From the NCBI RefSeq assembly GCF_963921235.1, contig NC_086128.1:13268001-13332000 (forward strand): a DNA stretch of 64,000 nucleotides. The letters are read 5' to 3'. The notes under the pieces are model-generated. The model was not told the origin of the DNA and ran no database searches. It saw nothing but the letters and a program-made list of their open reading frames with translations. The stretch comes from Mobula hypostoma (taxonomy: Eukaryota). The stretch's first letter is position 1, and each line of letters begins with the position of its first letter. Both the position numbers and the translations under genes were made by a program. This document shows positions 1-13,379 of the stretch, in pieces.

Positions 1-1074
1 ACATTGTTAAATCAGAGACGCAGGGTTTTCTCGGGCAGGTCCTGGTTGACAGTCTGAATTACTAATGGAGATCACTCATGCAAAAGTCCAAACTTGCTGA
101 GTGGTTCTTCCTGCAGTTATTCCCACATTGCTCCCTTGTTGGATGCCTTGTGAAGTTCAATGGAGGAGCACCAAATTCCCAATGTTTACAAGTGGGATCT
201 GCCCATTAACGTTGTATCAATCAGGCAATTTCAGTGACTACTCACTACCATGGAGACAAACAGATTCAAGGGGGAAAGGCAAGTTTCAGTTAATGTACAT
301 TAGTTTGAATTTAAATATATTTCATTCTTAACTGCACTTAAAAAAGTGAAACATCAAAAGTGATCACTGGAAGTTCCAAGAAGCTTAGACTGAAAAAGCT
401 ATTACAATTAAATTTCCTGGGGGCATACTGGAAGTACTTTGGATTGTCAATCCTCTGCCCCTAACACAAAGTTGTGCACAATGTCACATTGATTTATATT
501 AAATAATTCCGACATCTCATGTTCAACTCTGTTAAATAAGAATGCAAAAAAGAGCAATTTATATCTAGTGATTGTAATTTCATTAGCTTCAAGGTAATTG
601 TGAAGAAGGACAGTTCTGTTCCTTGGGTTGAGATTCAGAAATGGAGAAAGGCCAATTCTGAGGGCATCAGAAAGGATCAGGCAAGTGTGAATAAGGATAG
701 CTTGTTTTCTGGCAAAAGGATGCTTGGTAAGTAGAAGCATTTCAACGTGAAAATTTGAGAGTATAGAGTTTGTATGTTCCTGCTCAATTAAGAGGCAAGG
801 TTTAGGGAACCTTGGTTTTCGAAAGATATTGAAACCCTGGTTAAGAAGGAGGCACATAGTGGGTATCGACAGCAAAGAACAAATTAGGTGCTTGACGAGA
901 GTAAGAAATGCAAGAGAACACCAGCAGTGCTAAAAGAAGGCATGAGGTTGGGATAGCCGACAAGGTGAAGGAGAACCCCAAGGGCTTCGACAGGTACTTT
1001 AAGAACAAAGGATAGCAATGGAAGATCAGTGGTTCATCTATGCATGGAGCCAAAACAGATGAGGGAGAACTTAA

Positions 1075-1289
1075 GCAACACACATAAAAGTTGCTGGTGA
1101 ACGCAGCAGGCCAGGCAGCATCTCTAGGAAGAGGTACAGTTGACATTTCGGGCCGAGACCCTTCGCCAGGACTCGACGTTTCGGGCCGAGACCCTTCGTC
1201 AGGACTGCTGCCTGGCCTGCTGCGTTCACCAGCAACTTTGATGTGTGTTGCTTGAATTTCCAGCATCTGCAGACTTCCTCGTGTTTGCA
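1075..1289 (+). mobile_element. Mini fold-back Penelope-derived element with tandem hammerheads, inserted in CR1
   Basis: TSD AGGGAGAACTTAA at 1062-1074 and 1290-1302. Inverted arms at ~1075-1121 and ~1206-1251, plus a 3' tail. Confidence 0.85.
1137..1207 (-). ncRNA. Tandem pair of minimal type I hammerhead ribozyme motifs
   Basis: Two copies of the 33-bp unit GTC-CTGACGA-AGGGTCTCGGCCC-GAAA-CGTC-GA. The second core reads CTGGCGA. Confidence 0.75.
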
Positions 1290-3353
1290 AGGGAGAACTT
1301 AAAATGGATTTTTGCCTCTGTATTTACTCAGGAGATGGACACAGAGTCTATAGAACTGAGACAAAGCAAGGTCATGGACGGGGGCTGATTGGGGATAGTC
1401 AGCATGGCTTTGTGTGCAGTAGGTCATGTCTAATTAATCTTATAGATTTTTTTGAGGAGGCTACCAAGAAAGTTGATGAAGGAAAGGCAGTGGATGTTGT
1501 CTACATGGACTTTACCAAGGCTTTTATCAAAGTCCTGCATGGGAGGCTGGTCCAGAAGGTTCACTCGCTTAGTAATCAGGATGAAATAGCAAATTGGATT
1601 CAATATTGGTTTAGCAGGATTATTCAGAGAGTGGTAGTAGATGGTTACTTCGCTAACTGGAGGCCTGTGACTAGTAGTGCAGGGATTGGTGCTGGTTCTC
1701 TTGTTGTTTGTCATCGAATGGACGACATCAAGATTGGGACCGTAATGGACAATGAGGAAGGCTATCAAAGCTTACAGCAGTATCTGGACCATCAGGAAAA
1801 GTGGCTGAAAATTTAATGCAGACAAGTGTGAGGTGTTGTATTTTGTGAGGACAAGCCAGGGTAGGACATATACAGTGAACGGTAGGCCACTGAGAAGTGT
1901 GGTAGAACATAGGGATCTGGGAATACAGGTACATAATTTCTTGAAAGTGGCATTGTAGGTCGATAGGGTTGTAAAGAAAGCTTTTGGCACATTGGCCTTC
2001 ATAAATCAGATAAGTACATGTATGGTCTGGGTGCAGATCGATGGGAATAGGCAAAGTAACAGTTTGGCATGCATTAGATGGGCTGAAGGGCCTGTTTCTG
2101 TGCTGTAGTGCTCTATGAGTCTATGGTCTTTTGCATTAGCCATATGGTCCCTTGAGGATGATCAAGCTTTTAGCTTCAAGACCATTTACCTTCTGGATCC
2201 CCATCACTCTGAATTCCCCTGTACTCCTAATATTTATCTTCATCAGGCTCATGACCCAGCATTCATAGTCCTCTGAGGCGGACAAATTTCATCATCTCAA
2301 GTGGCGAATGTTTAATTCTCAGATCATGCCCCCTACATCTAGACTGTTTCATCAGGGCGCAAAATTCCAAAGCCTCTATCCCCTCAAGATCTCATGTTTC
2401 AGTGAGATCACTTTTCATTTTTTTTAATCTCAAGAGTTTTTACATTCATTTTGCTCAATCTTTTCTCATAGGCCAATTGTCTTATCCATTTGTGGGAGTC
2501 AGTCTAATCTATCTTTTCTGTACTACTACCCAGACAAGTATCCCCTTCTGTAAATAAGCAGCCTAAAATACTCCAGAGGTAGTCTAGCTAATATCCCAAA
2601 CAGTTTTAGCAAGAGTGCCTAACTCTTGTGTTTCATTCTTTTTGTAATAAAGGCACTTCCGTGCTCTGAATATTGCCTGCATACCGTCCCATGTCTGTAT
2701 GTTGTTTAAGCAGGCACCATCTGCTTCATTTGCTCCACAATAAGTTTGGTTCAATCATCTCTTTCCATACTTCAAATATACAAAAGCAAATTACTACTGA
2801 TCTAGAAATCTGAAATAGAAGTAGAAAATGCTGAAAACCCGGCAGGCCAGGCAGTGCCTGTAGTGAGGAAAACCATTTCAGATTGATGAGCTTTCATCAG
2901 GACTGGGTAAAGAAAATTAAACAGGCTTTACAATGCAGACAATAGAACAAAAAGCAAAGTAGGTGACTGGGCAAATTGTTGGAATCAGAATTAGGTTTAT
3001 TAACTGTCTTATATGATGTGAAATTTGTTTTGTGGTGGCAGTTCAATGAAGACATAAAATTGCTATAAATTACAAAATAAATAAATAACACAAAAATAAA
3101 TTAATACTGAGGTAGTATTCATGGATTCATAGACCGTTCAGAAATCTATAGTCTTTAGTCCTCAAACTCTTAATGAAGTAGAGCAATTGGAGTGCTTTGT
3201 TCGTGTTTGCATCAATATGTTGGGTCAAGGACAAATCCTCTGACATGTTGACAGCCAGAAACTTGAAGCTGCTCACTCTTTCCACCACTGACCCCTCGAT
3301 GAGGACGGGTGTGTGTTCTCCCAACTTCCCCTTCCTGAAATCCACAGTCGGTT

Positions 3354-4143
3354 CATAGAAACATAGAAACATAGAAAATAGGTGCAGGAGTAGGCCATTC
3401 GGCCCTTCGAGCCTGCACCGCCATTTATTATGATCATGGCTGATCATCCAACTCAGAACCCAGCCTTCCCTCCATACCCCGTGACCCCTGTAGCCACAAG
3501 GGCCATATCTAACTTCCTTTTAAACATAGCTAATGAACTGGCCTCAACAGTTTGCTGTGGCAGAGAATTCCACAGATTCACCACTCTCTGTGTGAAGAAG
3601 TTTTTCCTAACCTCGGTCCTAAAAGGCTTCCCCTCTATCCTCAAACTGTGACCCCTCGTTCTAGACCTCCCCAACATCGGGAACAATCTTCCCGCATCTA
3701 GCCTGTCCAATCCCTTTAGGATCTTATACGTTTCAATCAGATCCCCCCTCAATCTTCTAAATTCCAACGAGTACAAGCCCAGTTCATCCAGTCTTTCTTC
3801 ATATGAAAGACCTGCCATCCCAGGAATCAATCTGGTGAACCTTCTTTGTACTCCCTCTATGGCAAGGATGTCTTTCCTCAGATTAGGGGACCAAAACTGC
3901 ACACAATACTCCAGGTGTGGTCTCACCAAGGCCTTGTACAACTGCAGTAGTACCTCCCTGCTCCTGTACTCGAATCCTCTCGCTATAAATGCCAGCATAC
4001 CGTTCGCCTTTTTCACCGCCTGCTGTACCTGCATGCCCACTTTCAATGACTGGTGTATAATGACACCCAGGTCTCGTTGCACCTCCCCTTTTCCTAATCG
4101 GCCACCATTCAGATAATAATCTGTTTTCCTATTTTTGCCACCA
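3354..4143 (-). mobile_element. Young 5'-truncated CR1 3' end
   Basis: Uninterrupted RT C-terminal ORF (LYKALVRPHLEYCVQFWSP) and a (CATAGAAA)n tail at 3354-3378. Confidence 0.92.
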
Positions 4144-4734
4144 CTGACATAATGAGCAAACGATAGAAAAAGTGTTGATAGCGCAAGGTAGAAGAGACTG
4201 CTAATGAGATAAGAAAGAGGCAAAAGGTGGACTTGGGAAGCTGTACATAAAATGTATAATTTGTGTTGTTTTTCATTTGATTAAAACTAAACTTGCCTCA
4301 CTCTGATAAATGATTTTCTGCATACCCCTATCTTTTTGCAGATTGTTTAATTTTCATTTGTAGGAATATGTTTTTTAGTTTAGCAAGCTATCGCTTTGTA
4401 TAATGTCTTCCATAAGATAAAAGGGATAAATTGGGTTCAGTAAACTGTCAAATGCAAATTAAGAAAGGTGCCCGCAACAACCAAGACCTGAGAAGTAACA
4501 ATCAGTTCACAGATTAATGCAGGCAATAGAAACCATCAATGAGTGTTAATGCTGTGAATCTCAGTACTTTGGCCATTGTAAGATTGAGTAAGATTTGATG
4601 CATTAGCTCTCAGTAAAGTATTTTCACTTTTTGGAGTTCCAACTGCATCCATTTTGAAACCAAGGATTTGAACGTTTGCGGATAAACAAATGTTTGTTTC
4701 TTTTGATCTTGAAGAAGTGCAGAGTATTTTTTTT

Positions 4735-5133
4735 TTATTCAGGGACTCCTGAAATAACTGTGTGCATTACGTTCCAGGGAATTCTGATATTACTGTAGGT
4801 AGTGCATTCAGAGGGAATCATGAAATAACAATGCATATTGGATTCCAGAGAATCCTGAAATAGGAATACATCCTGCATTCTAATAATCCTGAAGTAACAG
4901 CGTATTCCATCCAGGCAAATTGCATTCTAAGGAATTCTGAAACGGCAATACATATTACACCCAAGGAATATTGAGTTTCATTGCAGAGACTATTGAAATC
5001 AAAGTGTGGTTTGCATTCCAGGGAGTCTTGAAATAAATAATAGTGTGAATTCTACCCAAGCAACTTAGAAGTGCATAATGAATTCAGGGGATGTCTTGAA
5101 GTTATGGTGTGTATTCCAATCAGGGGAGTCTAG
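4735..5133. repeat. Degenerate ~35-bp minisatellite, about 10-11 units
   Basis: Recurring TGCATTCCAGGGAATCCTGAAATAACA-like units. Confidence 0.7.
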
Positions 5134-6539
5134 TAACAGATGTCCATATCCATATGTCCACATGTAAAAATGATCATTCCATTTGGTAAAATCTTGTTGA
5201 GAAAGTTCACAGTTTTCTGCAATAATTCAAAGTCTTCTTTCAGTTTGTTAATTAATCAAGCAAACTTTTCATGAATTTTCCCATCAATCTTGCTATTGAC
5301 ACATGACTTTATGGTAAAATACATTCTTCCCATTGTAAATTGCTGACCGTTACAATTATTGAAGGGTTTTGATGATTTCCCATGCTCTGTTTGGATTTGC
5401 AGTCATTTTCATCCTGTGCTTGCTATGATGTGGCTGGTAGATTCAACTAACACAAGGAGGCACAGAACAAGACCATTTGATCTGTTTAATTTGTTATTTC
5501 CACAGAGTGAGCACAGTTTGTTCAGTTTGCCACATAACCCACATTATTCATCTTTAACCAGATTTGTTTTACTGTGAGCTGACATGGCACTTGGCCTAAG
5601 AACAACTACGTGGCAAAGATATTGTTCCTAACAAAAGAATGATAAAGCTCATCTTGTCTGCAACAGCAACAACTTATATTATCTACTTGGAGCTGCCAGA
5701 ATAGTTTCTAACTAAACACTTACTATTTTATTAAAGACTTAATTTGTTTCTATCAATAATTTATTCCAATTATCTCCCATTGCATGGAAAACACTTTCAG
5801 ATTCATACTGTCACTTTAACCTTGTGAATATCATTCTCATATAATTTAGTTATGTATTCACTAAGCAGGCTGCTTACATAAGCACTTATTAGTGCTTCTC
5901 CAAAGGAAAGCAAGCTTGGCTCTCAAAGTTTCTTTTTGTACAAGATAAAAAATATAACTTCCAGCTCTAAACCAAAAAGATCATTGCTATTATTTGAGTT
6001 CATATCAGTTGAACATGAGGAACCCAAGATTGCAAACATAAATTTTATATGACCTCATAAAATTGTAAAGAAATTAGAACCTACTTTGAATTATAATCAA
6101 ATGGCCCCAAGCAACATCCCTTACATCATTAGTTTTAGAGATAATAGTTTCACGTTGATTTGATATATTTAATGAATGCTCAGAAATGGCATCCGGATCC
6201 ATTTCTTTCACATCTTTGCAAATGCCCATCTCCCATTTTGTTTAGATTTTTATGTTTTCTGTTTAAATATTTAATTCCTTACATTTGTTATCTTACATTT
6301 GTTTATGTTATCTAGGTGCTTGCAGAATTAATTATCATATGAAGGGTGTGAAAAATTACAGATAAACAGGGCTTGATACTTTTGTTGGAGGACCTACATG
6401 AGGATCTCACAGTGAAAGCCTGAATAGCATTAGGCACTTCACTTTCTGTACAGCAATAAGACAACCCTGCCTGCCTGTTTAGTATTTGCTAATTCTATAT
6501 TTCTATCTACTAATGTTAATTCAATTCTTATTCTTATTA

Positions 6540-6650
6540 TTACCTTTTTATTCTGGCTTCTGCCTCCTACCTTTCCAGTCCTGATGAAGGGTCTCGGCCC
6601 GAAAGTCAACTGCTTATCTCCCTCCATAGATGCTACCTGTCCTGTTGAGG
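6540..6650 (+). mobile_element. Penelope pLTR fragment with hammerhead motif (6576-6612)
   Basis: CAGTC-CTGATGA-AGGGTCTCGGCCC-GAAA-GTC-AACTG, then AGATGCTACCTG. Confidence 0.7.
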
Positions 6651-9022
6651 TTGCATGTGCAGAAGCTCTTGTGTCAATGGTAATTCAGTCACTAGTTGCA
6701 CTCCCAATGGAATTAATTACTTTTACAGAAGATACCAAGCCGATAAAAGCAAAATATTTTTGATGAAATCCATCAATTCTTGATGAGGAACTACGTAGGA
6801 TAAGTATAAAATACTGCAGGTGCCAGAATTCTGAATCACCGGCACCTGGAGAGTTGGTGCATTTTTGACCAAGAGACTTAAGTTTCTAAACTTGACTGGT
6901 TTGAGACCCCAATTTCTTAGTCGCACCAGTTTCCAGGATCAACTATTTCAATGAAAAAGCACCCATTGGTAAACAGTCCAACGCAGTATGACAGAACTCA
7001 ACTCCAGATCTTGGATTTCAGTTGAATTTCAACAAGTGAACTATCCAAGGTTCCCTGATTTATAACTGATGACAGAAGCTGTGTTTGGACCTTTAAGAAA
7101 GAACTTTTATTACATTGTACATTTCATAGTACCTCAGAACTCGTGGATTACTTTTGTGTAGAAATTCTGAAGCACAGAATTGATGCTACGCAGGAAGCTT
7201 GCACCAGTTTCTTTCAGGGCAGCAGGACAATAAGTTACTTATACATGTGACTTGAAGTTGTGTGTTTAAGTGTTGCGAATCCTAAGCAGGCAACAGTTGA
7301 GCATGGTGTGGGAGCTCTTAAAGCAGCAGTTCTCATCAGAAGCAACACACACAAAATGCTGGAAGAACTTAGCAAGTCAGGCAGCATCTTTGGAAAGGAA
7401 AAGAAAGTTGACATTACAGGCCAAAACCCTTCATCGGGACCCTCATAGGGAGCCACAGCATCAAATAATGAGCCTCAAAGTGGCTAAAACAGAAAGATCA
7501 GAGAGAGGAAGTGGCAGCAAATGCCTTCTACAGATATTAGGGTATTGTGAAACTGGAGGTGAAGACCCAGGGGCCCAATTCTGATTCAGGGTCTGAAACA
7601 TCAATTTCCAGTAAGAAGGCAGTGCATGCAAACGCAGTGGCCCCTTAGGGGCCAGCCAAATGTGCTTTTTTCTTTGTAAAATTTGTTTTTTACAATCTAA
7701 AGACAAATCTACACCAAGAACTTTGGGTACTGTAAGGCTACTCCATGAGTGAGCTGCTTGCTGATCGGAGTAGTTAACTGATGGTGGTGGAGCCAGCTGA
7801 GATTTTGAAGAGGTCGGCCGGGATGTTGGAGAAGGAGCTGGCCGAGGTGTTGAAAAGGCCGGCCAGTTTGTTGAAGGATATGGTCGGGATATCAGAGGAG
7901 CCCGTCGGGATATCAAGGGACTCTGTTGGACAGTGATAATGTAAGTTGCCGCAGGCCTGTTACTCTGAACTGGTGGAGGAGCAGACGACATGGGAGCTGT
8001 GTAGCCTTGGTTGTAGCAAAAACTAGGCCACAAGCCTTGGGCTTGCCTGCTGCTACAGACCAGGTGAGAAACGCAGAAGTGCCACAGCATGGTGTCCATG
8101 CTCGGTTGGGGCCTGGCCTCTTCCACTGTTCTGTCCTCCTGTGTTCGAGCAGTGGAATGACAGGCTGAACTGCGTGCGTCTGCACACTGCCTGAAGACCG
8201 TATCATTGATTGCTAGACATTGTCGTTCAGGGTCTTGGACTATGTATGTGTTTTTTTTGAGTGAATATGCTTCTTTGCTCACTATTTTGAATGTTTGCTT
8301 GCTATTTTGGTTTTGCACCTTGGCCCCAGAGGAATACTGTCTCCTTCAACTGTATCTATGTATCGCTTGAATGACAATTAAACTTGATATGATTTGATTT
8401 TGATTTAAGCTGCCCCTTTGCTTCTTTAGATGCTACCTGACCTGCTGAGTTCTGAGTTCCTCCAGATATTTATCTTGTTTGAAGCATTAGGATAGTCAGA
8501 GATTTGCCTTCCACTTTCAACCATGGAATAAAAGTTCCTTACTTAGAAAACAATTGGTCCAGAAAAGCTCTCAAGGTAATATTAAGTGTTGACTCCCCCA
8601 TCCGTGACTGAGGTTAGGATAGACCTTCAGCTTACCTTCCCAGCCAGCTCCGTGTGTAGTTTGTGCTGCGTACGACAATGGTTTCACATTGCATGCATAC
8701 AAGTAGTGGTCACATTTCACCCGACTCTCAGCTTCAAACCTATTGTGAAGTGCATAAAGACCTTGCACTGCACAATGGAATCCCGAGGCTGTCAACTTTA
8801 CATGGGGAAGTACAGCAGTCAGTTTTTGCATAAGGACTGCAATGGGATAAAAGGGCAATACTTTGCTTCTGCTGGAGTTTATGGGTTATCAGCATTGGCC
8901 AAAGCATTAAGTGTCCTAATTTCCTTCATGTAAGAGATTGGGTTGTAAGGTTGGGTCCAATCTTGGCCGCATGTCTTCAACTATCTGTGATGAAATTTAC
9001 ATCTCTTGTACCTTGGGAAGCG

Positions 9023-9138
9023 TATCCTTTTTGTTACCTTCCATTAAACAGTGGATGTTGAATAATGCCAAAGAATTATGCTTAGAAACTGATGACAGCA
9101 CTTTAATGGATATTACCTTTTGAGCTAAGGCAAGTTTG
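9023..9138 (+). repeat. 116-bp direct duplication, copy 1 (copy 2 at 12354-12469)
   Basis: Ungapped match with about 4 mismatches. Confidence 0.9.
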
Positions 9139-11364
9139 AACCTTTTAACTGCTGGTTAAATGGTTGTCACTCTAAGCTGGCAATTTCCCACATGAGTCAT
9201 TTTGACTGAAAAATTCATCTTGAAAGGATATTTCACCAGGTGTGAGTTTTATTACTGATTATAATTACCTAAGTGTAAACTGTTTTTGACATCAACATGT
9301 AAATTTGCAACATAAAATTGTAGTTGTTCAGATGCATTGTGAGTGGGCTGATTTTAGAATAGAGTAGAGCTCCCAAATTTGATTTTTGCATCTGGGCCAA
9401 GTTAAAGAATTGCAGAGGAGATCCATTTCCTGATTTCTGTCCAGTGAAGACCCCACTGAGAAGTCTCATGCATGGCCGCTGGATGAACGCAGGACAGCGC
9501 ACAGCTCTTTATGTTCCATGACTGAAAACCCTACTGACAGGTGCTGCTTGGACCAAGCCCCATCCAGGTAGCTTGGTTTTCTGGAGCTTGGAGTGCACAA
9601 CATTAAACAATTTTTTTGAGAGAGGAGGGGAAAACTAAAATGAGATGATATCACTTTAAGTAGTCTACCTATAATTAAAACTCAGAACTACATATAACTT
9701 TAATCCAGCAGAGAAATTCAATAACTAAAGAGGTTTATTATTGTTTTGTTTCCGTGTAATACTCCCAACAACAATAGATTTCATTGGTAAGCACTGTTAT
9801 TGAAGCAAAACAGTTGCAAGTTGCCTCACAGGAGTGCTACCAAACAAAATTTGCCACTGAGCCACAGAAGGGGACATTGGGGAAAATAACCAAAAGCTCA
9901 GGCACAGATGTAGAGTTTAATGAGTCTATTAATGGAGAAAAGGGAAGTTTAGAGTGGAAATTCCAGAACTTGGAGAATGGTTGCCAGTGGTAGAGCATTA
10001 TATTTGGGGGAACAGTCACCAGGCCAGAGCTGGAGGAATGAAGGTATTATATTAGGTTTTGGAGCTAGAGGAGATGACAGAGACAGGGAGACCGTGTGGC
10101 GATTTGAAAACAAGGACAAGAATTTTAAAACCAGGGTGATGTTTAACCATGAGCCAGTGAGCACAAGGGATATAATCAAGAACAGCCTTATTCCTGTTTT
10201 GTTTGTAATGGCCTATTGTTATCAAGCTTGCTTCTCACTTTCTATGGCTGCCATCTTTGTCCTGATTTTCTGCCGATATCAGCCGGTATGAAATGCCCCT
10301 GTGAACACTCGGCAACTAATTTTCCTGACAGTGTGCAGTTACAGTCTCTGGTCTTTGGATGGCAGCGTGGAGCAATTTTCAGTAAAACACCACATTTCCA
10401 TCAACAATTTATATGGAAAAATGCTTAAATTCATCAACTGCCCAGGTCAGCACCATGGGCTGTTTACTAGAGCATTGTAATGTAAATACACATGTATTCA
10501 TTAGAGGGCCCCAAGTGATATTCATTGGCTAATCTGTCGAACATCTGGGCAGTCAGCAAATTAAAACAAAAGCAGCTGAAGGAATAAAAGCAGTGATTTT
10601 GCAAAATTTTGCTTTGCACTTGCTGGTTGTAATTACTTCATCTGTTCCAGAATGAACTGGACTGAGCTAGACAATGGCAACTGCCCAACATAGAACTGAA
10701 ATGCAACAGTACAAAATGCATAGCTCCATGATATCACATTCAAACACAGAGGGCAGCATTTATTCTGAGATGAAATTGCAAAGGACAGTTGAAAGGAGTT
10801 AAAGTTATCTCGGTGTTCATGAACTTTAAGGCTGCTGCTACACTGTGTGCTCAATCCTTGACCTCTACCACCAAAGGCAGGAGCTTCAGGTGCATAGGGA
10901 CACCACCCCCTTAGATTTCCTTCCAAGTCAAGTACTGACAGGGCTCAGAAAATTATTACAGGTTTCAAACTCAAAACCCTTTTGCCCGTTAGCACTGTGG
11001 GAATACTTTCAACACACGGGTTGCAGAAGTTGATGAAGGCAGCCCACCTTCCAAGTCTGACACCGTAAGTAAATAAAGTAAAAGCAAGACTACCTGGTCA
11101 ATGATGCATGTGGGAGCTTGCAATGCAGAAACAGTGTGATTTTTATAACAGTGACTGCCTTTCAAAAACACTACATACGCAGCTGTAAAGTACTACTAAA
11201 TGTTTGAAGGTTCTGAAAAGAGCTAGACAAATGCAAGAGGAACTATTATCTCTTTTAAAGGTTCAGTCCCATTTAACTTAAGTTTTTGTCAAACACTGTG
11301 AAAATTCCCATGTCAACTCATTGAATATAATATTGAAAACTTTTTTGAGTCCCTGGTATTTAAG

Positions 11365-11735
11365 GTAGGTGGCAGGGTGGAGATGCGCCTCTACCAAAGG
11401 AGGTGTAAGGTGCCCCTCCCCTCTGCCAGCCTGCAGGTAAGGTGTAGCACCTGCTTAGCTCCTGATCAGAGTCACGTGAAACCATGGGAGCGGGTGGTGG
11501 ATGGTTGTATGAACAGGTAATGTGTGTCACAAGTCTTGGTTATGCGACTACTGATGCCAGGCAGACAATCTCTGAAGAATATTGATAATGACTGGGGTCA
11601 TTATCTTGTAAAGACACTGCCCAGAAGAAGGCAATGGCAAACGACTTCTGTCGAAAGATTTGCCAAGAACAGTCATGGTCATGGAAAGATCATGATCGCC
11701 CACATCATATGACATGGCACGTAATGAACAAATGA
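11365..11735 (+). mobile_element. Second copy of the short RTE-related element
   Basis: Reverse-complement match to 28633-28970; contains GAAGGCAATGGCAAACGACTTC. Confidence 0.7.
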
Positions 11736-13379
11736 TATACAATCTTATATAATCAGACAGTGTAAATTATCCCTTAGGGTAATGACCAAAAGAAGAGGTT
11801 AATGGGCATGTGAGAGAGAATAAGCTGGAGGGCTGTTGAGAAAATAATGAGAGGGAAAAGGAGATTAACAGGAGACACCATGGACCTAATGGGACAAATG
11901 GACTCCTTCTATGTTGCATTAAGTAAATAATGTTAGCCCTTTGCTCCCTTTTGGTTGGATTGTCACATGGTAAAAGCTGAACAAACAATTTGGAATGTAT
12001 CTGTTAGCTTCAGCACCTGACACAGCCCATTTACAGTAGGTGATCAGCATCTATAATATTCATTCAAATTGAATGTGGCTTGTCACTTCTCAGAACTTTC
12101 AAAGTGTTTGAGAGATAGTTTCAGTAATTATAATGATATCATAAAGACAGAAATAAGGAATCTTAACGATTTCAGTTTTAAATATTGAACAAAGAAAACT
12201 GTCATTTTCAGAAATAGAGGGAATTTCCTGATTACCATAACAAGATTCTCCATTCCTTTGGATCACACTGGATGTCGCCTATGGTTCTGGTCTACACTGA
12301 GAGATATTATTTGACTGTCTTGTTCTGTTTGGAAGCAATGAAGTACCAGTGTCTATCCTTCTTGTTACCTTTCATTAAACAGTGGATGTTGAATAATGCC
12401 AAAGAATTATGCTAAGAAACTGATGACAGCACTTTAATGGATATTACCTTTTGAGCTGAGGCAAGTTTGCAAGGGATTTGTACCTGCCGCCACCCACATG
12501 CTGAATTTGTGATCTATGAAAACAGATCTTGCTCTACTGAATGTCGACAAGCACCAGAGGTAAAGCAGTTCCTACATGAGGGAAAGAAAGAGAAGAAGCC
12601 TTGGTTGTTCTCCTGCAGTTCCTCATGGCCCAATACACAGCAGCACTGGACCCAGCCTTCTAACTCAATCAACGGTCTGCTCCCTGATGTACACTGGCTC
12701 CCTGACACTTAAGCCTCAGTTTATGATTCTCGTGCTCCTGCTTAACTTGCTCCATGTCCTTGCATCCTCCCTTCACAGTTAATGCCCAAGTTCGAAAACG
12801 CAAGGCTGCAATTGACCAGCAAACTAGATAAAATCTGTCCAAATGGCCGCACATCCCTGATCTTTTTGGCAGAGCTGTGATTGTCCACAAACAGACCCAT
12901 ACCCTAGAAAAAGGTAAGGAAATCACCCCAACCATTTGATATTACTATAATAAATACCAGTCTTTATGAAATGGTATTTGTTCCAAGAAGGACAGGTCAT
13001 TCTTCCATGTTTAACCATTCCCAAAAAAAAAACAGGTATTCTCTAAAGTACATTTGAAAAATTTAGTCATTTTCAGGATCTGGGTGTCTCTGGAGAGGGA
13101 GTTCCAGGCTTGGACCCAATGACAGTGAAGGACCAGTGATACTTCCAAGTTAGGATGGTGTGCAACTTGGGGAGAAGTTTACAGGTGGTGGTGTTCCCCT
13201 ATACCTTGCTGCCCTTGTCCTGCTGCCTTCATTCTTCTGATGAGTCCCGATGAAGCACCTTGGCCCAAAATGTTGACTATTTATTCATGTCCATAGATGC
13301 TGCCTGACCTGCTGAGTTCCTCCAGCATTTTGTGTGTGTTACCCTGGACTTCTAGCATCTGCAGAATCTCTTGTGGTTA

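Larger units (their letters stand above)
445..2130 (+). mobile_element. Degenerate CR1 LINE with internal deletions
   Basis: DSQHGF..SCLINL, VDVVYMDFTKAF and DDIKIG motifs; CR1 3' end near 2075-2125. Confidence 0.85.

Noticed and set aside
4735-5133. CRISPR-like repeat-spacer array
   Set aside because: Eukaryotic context, degenerate repeats, short related spacers and no cas genes.
7461-8318. 285-aa P/S-rich minus-strand ORF
   Set aside because: It runs antisense through a repeat with internal subrepeats. No domain or splice support.
12420-12460. C/D-box-like TGATGA...CTGA in the 116-bp duplication
   Set aside because: Too short for a snoRNA, no terminal stem, and the D box is absent in the other copy.
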